NCBI GenBank assembly: GCA_051313645.2 | Contig: JBNRSN020000029.1 | Coordinates: forward strand, 21,514,001-21,578,000 | From: Centroscyllium fabricii | Lineage: Eukaryota | DNA: 64,000 nucleotides | Reading direction: 5' to 3' | Part shown: positions 10,442 through 22,741 of the stretch, piece after piece | Layout of the letters: the number at the start of each line of letters is the position of its first letter | Numbering within the stretch: position 1 is the stretch's first letter | Program-made: the position numbers and the translations under genes | Notes under the pieces: generated by a model | The model's input: only the letters and a program-made list of their open reading frames with translations | Database searches by the model: none | Told to the model about the DNA's origin: nothing

Positions 10442-13114
10442 GTAATCCCCTTCGTCTTTGAACAGTAGTAGAGTAACACTACACTGGAGTTTGATTTCTG
10501 CTTTATTCTAAAACAGACTTATGAAGCATTAAGGGAACAAGCAATAAGCAGGACCAACTTAAAAGGTTTTAGAGTAGTTGCCTCGAGTTGCAAAAAATCC
10601 TTATATGCTTGCAATTTATGGTCTAAAATTGCACTGTAATGAAAGATCTTATGCGAAAATTTTACTTGAATGAAATGATCAGCGAAGTGGCATAATCCAC
10701 CCGCTGTACTCTCTAAACACCATCTGAGCAATTTCTTCGGATTTTTAAGCTGCGGAAATGAAACTCCACAAAGTTTCGAGAACTTGAATAACTCTCTGCA
10801 AAAATTCAAATGGTGTTGTACAGCCATATACCTGAACAAATCTGAAGTGAGTGGTTTCCTCAAAAATAATGCCTCTCAAACACTGAACATACACGACAAT
10901 AGGGTCCTAAGAAAAGCTGATACACGATTTCTGTGCGTGAACCTGATTTTAACCTCATGTGTACCATTACAGGCTTGATGATGCTTTTATCAAGCAGATC
11001 CTTAGGCAAATGCAATGCTTATTTAACCCACAGCTAACATTTACATCACTCTAAATCTGTAGTGGAAGGTATGTAAAGATGACAATCTATTCCCACATTG
11101 TCCATCTCTCTGTCTTAATCGGAATGCAGCCTTTGGTTTTTGAACGGCAGGAGGCTAGATCAGGCCAATCCAGACCTCTTCAGACGTGCACAGATGCTTA
11201 GTTATATTAGAAGATGGAGTCCAGGTTGATTTGTCCCTCAGTAACCCAAGGTTGCTGCTGCGTATTATATCATCCCAACAGCTGTTCAGGTTATTTGTGA
11301 GATCCCGAGCTGTAAAAGATGACGTTCTATAAACGACACCCACTGCCTACAAATAATTGTCCTCGAAGCATTTTGAGATATTCATGTGTATCATGAAGTC
11401 ACAGAATTTGCTGATTTTTTTTCGATCTCTGTTGCGAGAAGTTTGCTTTTTTCGATGTACAACTGATTTGAGCGCTCTGTAGTGGGAATCCCTCGTGCGA
11501 TGCTGCTGTGACTTCAACAAGCTATCTCAGCAGCTAATCACTTTGCAGAGTTATCGCAGAAAGGGAAGCAGGGAAAGAGAAGCTGGTTTGATCTGGAATT
11601 TAAAAAAAAAATTTGCAAGTAGAAAAACAAAGTTTGTGATAAGGCAGGGACAAATTGTCACGGAAAAATATCAAATAATAACATGGCAGAATGCACTGCA
11701 ACCAGCGAACGAATGACCCCTGTTGTTCATTAGATTACCCGTTTTCCGATTTATGTCACGAGATTTGCATGGCAACTTGCGTTCAGTGGGACATCGAAAC
11801 AGTATAGTGCTGTCTAGTGGGCATCAGGGACTTGTGTGAACAGGGAATGTCACTGTGCACCACATTAACAAATCAGATGGAATAATTATTATTGAGCAGC
11901 GCAGAGGCTGAAGCGAATTATGCTGGGACGTGTGTTACTGTGCAGGATGATGAGGATCCAACGTGAGCTTCTGGCCGTTGGCAACAGCTGCCCAAAATGG
12001 AACGTTTCGCTCCTAGTCATTCCACCGTGAGAGGCACTGCTGTTCTTCGTGAATCCTGGGTCACGGTTGCAAATTACAGTAGTGACGCTCACGGTCAGGA
12101 AGCCAGAGTACCGGGTTCCAGGAGTCACAATGCACTGCTTACACACACCCAGGGGCGAGTAGAGTAAAATACATAAGAGCCCAGAAATTAGCCTTGGATC
12201 CTTCGTACGAGTGCGGGGCTCCCAGTTACACTTACCCTGTACTTTTGCCATTTTGAAATTTTAAGCTGCGAACTCCCGAGTTCGACAGCTGCTTTAGGCT
12301 CTGTTCGAGCTGCTGGTGCAACTGAACGGCGCAATTAATTGGAAATCTCGCACGAGACCACATGATCGGCAGGGCGCCAATCAGTGGAAGCAATCCTCCA
12401 TTCAAAACTTACACGGAGAAATCTGTGTACATTTTGAATTGGAAGAGCTTCAGAAACACATCTAAACACAAAAATAAAATGTAAATAACACCACATATTT
12501 TAACAATAGTCTAACTAACTTAAATTACCTATTTTAAAGAAAAAAAAAATATTAGAATTTTTGTTTAGAGTTTTTAACTGGCCTAAAAGAATACTTACCT
12601 ATCTTTAAAGTTAAAAAAAAATTAAAACATGCAAAAACAATACTTAAAATCTATAAAATAAAGACTTACCTGCTAAGAACGGGTGCTTACATCTGGTATT
12701 TTCAAGTGTAAAATCTTGCATACTTACCCGGATAAAAAAGTCAAAAAATAAAACGGAAGTTCACTGCGCACCTCCTGGTATGCAGGCGAGTGCGATCCTC
12801 CTCGCAGCAGCTCTCCCCCTTCCCCATGGTCCGCCTTCGGAATTGCAGGGAGCAGCTGGAAACGGCTGTTCCATGCGATTTGGAGCTCTGGTGCGCTAAC
12901 AACCGGCTCCAAAATCTCCTGCGAGGATCGGAAATATTGGCCTATTATTTACAACAGTTGTCGGAAAATGGGCAAATTGGCTCAGGGCTGGTTCAACTAA
13001 CATGGGGTCGCTATATTGCACGTTGTGGCTGTTATAAAGACGAAAAGCACACGATAGTAACTTTCACAACCTGACTCCAAAAGAGTTGAGAATCTACATA
13101 CACTTCCCACAGCA

Positions 13115-13276
13115 CAGCCGAATATCTACATAGCCTGGCTCGAGGCCAGCTAAAGTTCGCCATAACCAGGCACCAGACCTTTTCAAGATCTCAATAAGCT
13201 GTCTCCAGGCCAGCTGAAGATCTCCATAACATGTTTCCAGAGCAGCTGAAGATCTGCATAACCTGTCTCCTGGCCT
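13115..13276. repeat. Degenerate ~32-bp minisatellite, about 5 units
   Basis: agatctcaataagctgtctccaggccagctga / agatctccataacatgtttccagagcagctga / agatctgcataacctgtctcctggcc. Confidence 0.7.
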
Positions 13277-13800
13277 TGTGCTCCAACTCAACAAAGGGGC
13301 ATCAAGATATTTTGTGGTCCTCCAGAAGTCTGAGTCAACCATGAGAGAGTAAAACTTACATTAAGATGTTATTCTGCGATAGGCCTTAATTGTCAGATAA
13401 GGGAACTCATTTTGGGAGTTATTTTTACTTTTAAATCATTTCTCAATCATGCATCAATTGTGGATATTGTTTAATTCTAATGCTGTATTTTTCTGCCATA
13501 TAATAAATCATTCCTTTGTTTATAAAGCCAAGGGTTATGCCTGAAATGTCTTACTAGCTAAAAGAGCGTTTCCATTATATTTAAAGGAATAGAGTTTCTG
13601 CTGGTGTTATCAGTGCAATCCGGGGGAAATTAGCTGAACCAATGCAAAACCTCGTGCAAACTCAAGTGTGAGTTACGTCAAGTATAAACACATTTTGCTA
13701 GAAACATTAAAGTTTCGTAAATGTCATTTTGCCTTAAACGGGCCACTTTCACGAAGCTGGCCACTCCCCAAATGGAAATAATGAGCCTGACGTGTTTCCA

Positions 13801-16010
13801 CACTTTGAACATAGGCCCAACCAGTCCCCATCCACCACCACCCTCATACGCCTGGCCGAACGTGTTCTCACAATGAACACATTCTCATTTGACTACAATC
13901 ATTTTCTCCAAATCAGAAGTGTTGCTATGGGTCCTAGCTATGCCTGCATTTTCGTGGGACATGTGGAACACTCTTTGTTCCAGTCCTATTCGGGTCCCCT
14001 CCCTCACCTCTTTTTCCAGTATGTTGATGACTGTATCGATGCTATTTCCTGCTCCCGCCCTGAACTAGACAATTTCATTCACTTTGGCTCTTATTTCCAT
14101 TCTTACCTCACATTCATATTGTCTATCTCCGTCTCTTCCTTCACTTCCTCGACTTCTCCCTCTACATCTCTTGGGTTAGTTTATTGACCAACAGTCACTT
14201 CAATCCCACTGACTCCCACAGCTACATTGACTACACGTCCTCCCACCCAGCCTCACGTAAGGGCTCTATTCCTTTCTCCCAGTTTCTCTGTCTCCATAGT
14301 ATCCGCTCCTATTATGCCACATTCCACCCGATATGGCTTCCCTTTCCTCAACCGTGGATTACCCTCTACCGCGATTCACATGGCCCTCAAGTGTTACCAT
14401 TCTATCTCCGGCAATTCTGCCCTCACACCTGAATCTCCCTCCCGGAACCACAATAGTGTGCCCTTTGTCCTCACCTTTCACCCCACCAACATCCACATTC
14501 AATGGATCATCCTCCACCATTTCTGCCACCTCGAACGTGATCTCACCACCAAATGTATTTTTCCCTCCCTTTTCAGCATTGCATTGGGACAGCTCCCTCT
14601 GAGACAACCTACTCCACTCCACTCTCACCCCCAGCACAACTTGCCCTTCGCCCGGCACCTTCCCGTGGATGTGCAGGAGAAGCAACACCTGCCCATATAC
14701 CTCCCCGCTTCCCACTGTCCAAGACCCAAAACACCCCTTAAAGTTGAAATAGGGATTGACCAGTACTTCTTGCAATCTAGTGTACTGTATTCGCTGCTCG
14801 TGATGTGACCTGCTGTACACTGGGGATACCAAACTCAGATCGGGTGACGACTTTGTGGAACACGTCCGTTCAGTCCGTAGCGGTGACCGTGAGATTCCTG
14901 TCCCCTGTCACTTTAATTATCTGCTTCACTCCCACTCAGAGCACTTTGTCCTTGGTCTATTACATTGTTCCACAGAAGCTCAGTGTAAGCTCCAGGAATA
15001 GCACCTCATCTTCCGATTATGCACACTTCAGCCTTCCGCACTCAATATCGAGTTCAACAATTTCAGATAATAACCCTTTACATTATTACCTTTTTTGTTT
15101 TCCACACCTTTGTCTCGGCCCTTCCCCGCACCCCTTTTTTTCTCTCCCTCATGGCAGCTGTCTCCAATTCTGCTAGTGCATTTCACAGCTAATCTACAGC
15201 TATCTTCTTGCTCCACTTATCCTATTATAATCTCGTCTCCTTTTGAATAACTCTTACTGTCACTTCTCGGCCTTTTGTTCTCTCCCAGCCCCCGACTGGC
15301 CTTCTTAACTGTTTAATTTCAGTCTTAATAAAGGGTCCCGACCCAAAACGCTGACACTTATTTCTTTCTTTAATGATGTTACCTGAACTGCTCAGTTTTT
15401 CCAGCATTTTCTATTGTTATTTCGGATTTCCAGCATCTGCAGTATTTTGCTATCGTACTAGTGTTTGGTTCTCTGCCACACCTAATCTACGAAAGCCTAT
15501 CTTGAAGAAGTTCTGCTCTTCGCTTCGACGGGATCTCCGTTTGGCTCTTCAACCTTGTTCATCTTCATTACTTTCAGTTTCCCTTCTTGTGTTTGATCAG
15601 CTATCTGCCAAGACTGAGTTTCACAGCCACATCATCTTCCTCAGCAATGTCTCCGGATCCACCTTGTTTCACGGGCATTGCAACTAAACTTCCGCACTTT
15701 GTGCTTCGGATACACGCAGGAATACAAATACTTCCAGGATATTCATCATTACTCGAACTGCTGCTCTCGCCACATCAATAGATCCATACTCAACGCCATG
15801 TGGCACCACAAGAAACCTCTCGACCTCTCTCTTCAGCAGCATCGAAGCACAATATCTCAAAGCTGTCTGGGTCAACAGTTCCATTTTGTCCTTTGACTCA
15901 TCCGGTGCTTCATGAAAATACTTTTTTTCCCCTTTTCGATGTCAAGGATCGCAATCTTTATTAATTCTTGAACAGCAATGCTCCTACGATAACTTCTTCC
16001 CCTTCACTTT
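13801..16010 (+). mobile_element. Degenerate Penelope-like element (RT and GIY-YIG remnants, pLTR-type end near 15450, then a probable adjacent 5' segment)
   Basis: QIRSVAMGPSYACIFVG...FQYVDD (RT), PTDSHSYIDYTSSHPASRKGSIPFSQF, GIY-YIG-like remnants near 14780-14950, and terminal ttccagcatctgcagtattttgct. Absent from the paralogous position in unit B. Confidence 0.8.
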
Positions 16011-17125
16011 CTTGGGGAGTTACGGGTTAAAGTGGAAATTATTTGCTTCTTGGGACAGCGGTTATTTTAAGATAACCAGGATGGTTTTGAAGTATCTTGA
16101 GAGGAACTCCTGGTGAAATGATGCGTGAGTGTCTCCCCGAGTAACGTGAATCACCTCGGCATGATTCCGGAAAGGGTTTCAGTATGGTTTCGAAGAACAT
16201 TCTATTGAAAGTTAGGGAAGGATAGGAGGAAACTTTGATTGATAGGCATCTCCTGGAGTTCTTTATTTATTTTCCCACACTGAACAGTGACAATAATATA
16301 TTTGACAGCCTGGCCACTATCCGATATTGGGACCATGCAGGAGTGATTGAGAAAGAACAGCGATCTTTTGATAATTATATTTTAAAGCTCAGAAATGGCT
16401 TGTATCCGAGGTCAAGTGTAGGATGACAGGGGAATACCGGTGTGTGTGCAATTTTGATATGTTGTGCATGAGCCAACTTTCATGGGGTAATGCATGGTTT
16501 AGATGCACTGATAAACGTGTCGGAAAATGCTTAGTTACTTGACAACACTGAGACATGAAATGGTTAACGGGTCCCAGGAATGTGAGATTTCTTTAAAAAA
16601 ATGTATTGACTTAAGCTACATAGCTAACTAAAATTTCAATGAAGCAATATAGTGTTAAACGCAATGGCAGCCATCAGCAGCATGGGCATTACTTTAAAGA
16701 GGAATATAGAATTTAAATTTCTAAAATTCAGGGTTGAATTCCTTTGAGTTGACAATTAAATTGGAATCACTGCAAGATAGTGGGAAATAATACTTAGCAG
16801 GAATATCTACAAGATTCATACTATTAAAAGGGGAACTGGGTAATATTTCAACTCCCTGATTTCTTGTGGTCTACTGCACAATGTATTATTAATATTTTTG
16901 TCTGTATCATGATGTGAAAGATTAAAAATATGAAATATCCTCTAGACGAGCAAAGGTCTTGAGATAGATATGTGATGCGAATAATACTAAAACCTTAAAT
17001 GTTAGGGTTATTAGTCGAAATTCTTGTATCTTGGAGCAGCAGTACTTCAAAAATAAACAGGGTCGATTTGAAGTACCGTGCGAGGAATGCGGAGTTGCTC
17101 TTCTGCTGCGTGAGGTGCTTGTGTT

Positions 17126-18462
17126 AGCGCAGACCAAGCGGAAGCCAGCCAGACCACTGGATAGGAGCTCGGGCAATCGGGCCGAAAACCGGAGGGAAAA
17201 GAAGCAAGTGAGCTTTAACCAGGCTTTTGTTAAAGCCACAGGGGGAGAAGAGGACAGCGGCAGCCGGTAAGCAGCTGCAAGTCTCGCGGGCCTTTCTTTT
17301 GAGGGGGCGGGACACAGCAGTATAAAAGGGGAGCTGAGGACTGCACTTTAAAGCGCAGACCAAGCGGAAGCCAGACAGACCACCGGAGAGGAGCTCGGGC
17401 AATCGGGCCGAAAACCGGAGGGAAAAGAAGCAAGTGAGCTTTAACTAGGCTTTTGTTAAAGCCACAGGGGGAGAAGAGGACAGCGGCAGCCGGTAAGCAG
17501 CTGCAAGTCTCGCGGGCCTTTCTTTTCAGGGGGCGGGACACAGCAGTATAAAAGGGGAGCTGAGGACTGCACTTTAAAGCGCAGACCAAGCGGAAGCCAG
17601 CCAGACCACCGGAGAGGAGCTCGGGCAATCGGGCCGTAAACCGGAGGGAAAAGAAGCAAGTGAGCTTTAACCAGGCTTTTGTTAAAGCCACAGGGGGAGA
17701 AGAGGACAGCGGCAGCCGGTAAGTAGCTGCAAGTCTCGCGGGCCTTTTTTTTCAGGGGGTGGGTCACAGCAGTATAAAAGGGGAGCTGAGGACTGCACTT
17801 TAAAGCGCAGACCAAGCGGAAGCCAGCCAGACCACCGGCGAGGAGCTCGGGCAATCGGGCCGTAAACCGGAGGGAAAAGAAGCAAGTGAGCTTTAACCAG
17901 GCTTTTGTTAAAGCCACAGGGGGAGAAGAGGAGAGCGGCAGCCGGTAAGTAGCTGCAAGTCACGCGGGCCTTTATTTTCAGGGGGCGGGACACAGCAGTA
18001 TAAAAGGGGAGCTGAGGACTGCACTTTAAAGCGCAGACCAAGCGGAAGCCAGCCAGACCACCGGAGAGGAGCTCGGGCAATTGGGCCGAAAACCGGAGGG
18101 AAAAGAAGCAAGTGAGCTTTAACCAAACTTTTGTTAAAGCCACAGGGGGAGAAGAGGACAGCGGCAGCCGGTAAGTAGCTGCAAGTCTCGCGGGCCTTTC
18201 TCTTCAGGGGGCGGGACACAGCAGTATAAAAGCGGAGCTGAGGACTGCACTTTAAAGCGCAGACCAAGCGGAAGCCAGCCAGACCACCGGAGAGGAGCTC
18301 GGGCAATCGGGCCGAAAACCGGAGGGAAAAGAAGCAAGTGAGCTTTAACCAGGCTTTTGTTAAAGCCACAGGGGGAGCAGAGGACAGTGGCAGCCGGTAA
18401 GTAGCTGCAAGTCTCGCGGGCCTTTCTTTTCAGGGGGCGGGACACAGCAGTGTAAAAGGGGA
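17126..18462 (+). repeat. Tandem array of a 226-bp monomer, ~5.9 copies
   Basis: Units start at 17126, 17352, 17578, 17804, 18030 and 18256. Each has GGGG(C/T)GGG and TATAAAAG (first TATA at 17321; last copy TGTAAAAG). Confidence 0.95.
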
Positions 18463-18852
18463 ACTGTGTGCTAAACCCGAAACACTACGTGGTAGTGTTT
18501 CCCACCCTTCCATCCTCCTCTAACCTTAGGGGGTTAGAGTGATTTTAAAAAGGTATGTTCAAATTATTTTTATTTTCAGGAGCCCAACCTAGGTGGAAAG
18601 GGTTCCAGGACAGAGAAAGCCTTCACAACAGGAGGCAAGGGACTGGTGAGTACTTTCCTCAAACTTTTCTAAAAACTACTAAAAGTAGTGGGATTCAGTA
18701 AATCTAAAAAGGAAATGAAGGGTACTTATAGATCGGTCTAAAGTAAGCTTCAGGAAGTAAAAGTTAATAAATAAGCCAAAGTAGCTTCAGGAAGTAAAAG
18801 TTAAGAAATAAGCTAAAACTAGTAAATTAAAAGGTAATATAAGGGTTAAGTC

Positions 18853-19797
18853 ATGGTAGGACAGCTCAGACCTGTGTCATGCTCCTCCTGTGCCATGTGG
18901 GAAATCAGGGACACTTCCGGTGTCCCTGACAACTATGTGTGCGGGAAGTGTGTCCAGCTGCAGCTCCTGAGGGACCGCATGGTGGCCCTTGAGCTGCTGA
19001 TGGACTCACTTTGGAGCATCCACGATTCTGAGATGGTTGTGGATAGCACATTCAGTGAGTTGGTCACACCGCAGGTAAAGGCCAGCGTAGACAGGGCATG
19101 GGTGACCAAAAGGCAGAACAAGGGCAGGAAGGTAGTGCAGGAATCCCCTGCGGTTATCTCCCTTCGAAACAGGTTCACCGTTTTAGATACTGTTGGGGGA
19201 GATGACTCATCAGGGGAAGGCACCAGCAGCCAGACTCATGGCACCATGACTGGCTCTGCTGCAAAGAAGGGCGGGAAAAGGAGTGGCAGGGCTCTAATGA
19301 TAGGGGACTCAATCGTAAGGGGAATAGATAGGAGTTTCTGTGGCCGCGACCGAGACTCCAGGATGGTATGTTGCCTCCCTGGTGCAAGGGTCAAGGATGT
19401 CTCGGAGCGGGTACAGAACATTCTGGAGGGGGAGGGGGAACAGCCAGTTGTCGTGGTACATGTTGGTACCAACGATGTAGCTAAAAAAAGGGAGGAGGTC
19501 CTACAAGCAGAATTTAGGGAGCTATGAGCTAAGTTGAAAAGTAGGACCTCGAAGTTAGTAATCTCTGGATTACTACCAGTGCCACGTGCTAGTCAGAATA
19601 CAGAGAGCAGGATAGAGAGGCTGAATACGTGGCTTGAGCAGTGGTGTAAGAGGGAGGGTTTTAAATTTTTGAGGCATTGGAACCAGTTCTGTGGCAGGTG
19701 TGACCTCTACAAAAGGGACGGTCTACACCTAGGCAGAGATGGAACTGATGTTCTCGGGGTAATATTTGCTAAAGCAGTTCGGGAGCATTTAAACTAG
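18853..19797 (+). pseudogene. CR1 ORF1 (zinc finger plus SGNH/GDSL esterase) with one premature stop
   Basis: CSSC...CGKC, IGDSIVRG, HVGTND, DGLHL. In-frame TGA at 19525-19527 splits ORFs 18853-19527 and 19534-19797. Confidence 0.88.
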
Positions 19798-19939
19798 TAT
19801 GGCAGGGGGCTAGGAACCTATGTAGTGAAAAAGAGGAAAGCAAAATGCAGCCAGAAATAAATGGTAAAAGGGTGAGAAACAAAAAACAAAATACACAAAG
19901 GGCCGAAGTAATTCATTAAAAGTGTGAGCAAAAAACAAG

Positions 19940-22741
19940 CCTGAAGGCTTTATACCTTAATGCAAGAAGCATTAGGAACAAGGTGGATGAATTAGCAGTA
20001 GAAATAGAGGTAAACAAATATGATCTAATTGGGATTACGGAAACATGGCTGTAGGATTGTCAAGGCTGGGAACTTAACATACAGGGGTATACAATATTTA
20101 GGAAGGATCGACAAAAAAGAAAGGGAGGAGGGGTAGCATTGCTGGTAAAAGAGGGGATAAATGCAATTGAAAGGAAGGATATTAACTCGGTTAATACGGA
20201 ATCTATATGGGTAGAACTAAGAAATAGCAAGGGGCAGAAAACGTTAATAGGAGTGGTATATAGGCCTCCAAATAGTAATATGGAGGTAGGGGAGGGCATC
20301 AAAAGGGAAATTAGAGAAGCGTGCAATAAGAGCTCAGCTGTCATCATAGGTGACTTTAACTTGCATATAGATTGGACTAGCCAAATTAGTAAAAATAATG
20401 AGGAGGAGGAATTCCTTGAGTGTTTAAGGGATGGTTATCTGGATCAATATGTCGAGGAACCAACTCGGGATCAGGCTATCTTGGACTGGGTACTGTGCAA
20501 TGAGAAGGGACTAATTAGTAATCTTGTTGTACGGGGACCCTTGGGTCAGAGCGATCATAACATGATCGAATTCTCACTCATAATGGAAAGCGAAGAAACT
20601 GACTCAGAGACTAAGGTCCTGAATTTAAATAAGGGGAATTATGATGCCATGAGCCGGGAATTAAGTAAGTCTGATTGGGCAGCGTTTCTGGGGGGACTGG
20701 CGGTGGATAAACAATGGCAAGCATCTAAAGACAGAATGGCAGAAATTGTTTATACCAATCTGGCATAAAAAGAAATCTAAAAAGGTGACTCAACCGTGGA
20801 TAACAGGGGAAATTAGGGACAGCATAAAATCCAAAGAAAGGGCATATAAAATAGCCAAAAAAAGCACCAGACCTGAAGATTGGGAACAGTTTAGGATACA
20901 ACAAAGGAGGGCAAATGGATTAATCAGGAGAGGAAATATAGCGTACGAAAGTAAGCTTGCGGCAAACATAAAAACTAACTCCAAAAGCTTTTACAAGTAT
21001 ATTAAGAGGAAAAGACTGGTGAAATCCAAAGTCGGTCCATTACAGTCAGATTCTGGGGAATATATAATGGGAAATAAGGAAATGGCAGACCAATTAAATG
21101 CATATTTTGGGTCTGTCTTCACAAAGGAAGACACCAAAAACCTCCCTGAGATATCGGGAACCATAGGGACAATTGCAAGGGAGGAACTGACAAAAATCAA
21201 TATCTCTAAGGATATGGTGTTGGGGAAGCTAAAGGGACTGAAGGCTGACAAATCCCCAGGGCCTGATAACATGCATCCTAGGGTACTCAAGGAGGTGGCC
21301 CTAGAGATAGCAGATGCTTTAAGGATAATTTTCCAGAATTCGATAGACTCGGGAACAGTGCCCATGGATTGGAGGTTAGCTAACGTTACCCCACTATTTA
21401 AAAAGGGGGGTAGGGAAAAAGCGGGTAATTACAGACCTGTAAGCCTTACATCGGTGGTGGGCAAAATACTAGAGTCCATCATTAAGGATGTAATAGCAGA
21501 GCACTTGGCAAATGGGGACAGGATAGGACAGAGTCAACATGGATTTACAAAAGGTAAATCGTGCTTGACGAATCTATTGGAATTCTTTGAGGAAGTAACT
21601 GGTAAAATAGATGGGGGAGAGCCAGTAGATGTGGTGTTCCTGGACTTCCAAAAAGCCTTCGATAAGGTCCCACATAAAAAGATTAGCATGTAAAATCAAG
21701 GCTCATGGGATAAGGGGAAAAGTATTGACGTGGATAGAGAACTGGCTGGCAGATAGAAAACAGAGAGTTGGAATAAACGGCTCATTTTCTGAATGGCAGG
21801 CAGTAACAAGTGGGGTACCTCAGGGATCTGTCCTGGGTCCCCAGCTGTTCACAATTTATATTAATGACCTAGATCAGGGAATCGGATGCAGCATCTCCAA
21901 ATTCGCAGACGACACTAAACTAGGAGGGGGGGTAGGCTCAGAAGAAGAGATCAGGAAGCTCCAGAGCGATTTGGACAAATTGGGGGACTGGGCAGATACA
22001 TGGCAAATGCACTATAATGTGGATAAGTGTGACGTTATCCACCTTGGGGGCAAAAACGGGAGGGCAAATTATTATTTAAATGGCAATAGATTGGGAGATG
22101 GGGAAGTACAGAGAGACCTGGGTGTTCTTGTGCACCAGTCATTGAAGGCGAGCATGCAGGTGCAACAGGCGGTCAGGAAGGCAAATGGTATGCTGGCCTT
22201 CATATCAAAAGGGTTAGAATACAGGAACAAGGACACCTTACTACAGCTGTACAGGGCACTGGTGAGACCACACCTCGAGTACTGTGTGCAGTTTTGGTCG
22301 CCTCATCTGAGGAAGGATGTTCTTGCCATGGAAGGAGTGCAGCGGCGATTCACCAGGCTGATACCAGGAATGGCAGGAATGACCTATGAGGAGAGACTAT
22401 GTAGTTTGGGGATGTACACACTGGAGTTTAGAAGATTGAGAGGGGATCTCATAGAAACTTATAAAATTCTGACAGGCCTGGACAGACTAGATGCAGAAGG
22501 AATGTTTCCGATGGCAGGAGAGTACAGAACTAGGGGACACAGTTTAAGGATAAGGGCTAAACCATTTAGGACAGAGATGAGGAGGAATTTCTTCACCCAG
22601 AGAGTGGTGAACCTGTGGAACTCACTGCCACAGAGGGCAGTGGACGCCAGCTCATTAAATATATTTAAGAGGGAATTAGATATATTTCTGCAGGCAAAAG
22701 GGGTTAAAGGTTACGGAGAGAAGGCAGGGACGGGATACTGA
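19940..22741 (+). pseudogene. CR1 ORF2 (endonuclease plus reverse transcriptase), disrupted
   Basis: LYLNARSIRNK, GITETWL* (TAG 20052-20054), GDFN, SDHN, KSPGPD, LDFQKAFDKV, GVPQGSVLGP, KFADDTKL. Frameshifts near 20745 and 21680; ends GTGY*. Confidence 0.9.

Noticed and set aside
17124-18445. Series of 153-aa minus-strand ORFs, and a possible CRISPR-like array
   Set aside because: The ORFs are by-products of the 226-bp period shifting frame each unit. The units are contiguous with no unique spacers or cas genes, and the context is vertebrate.
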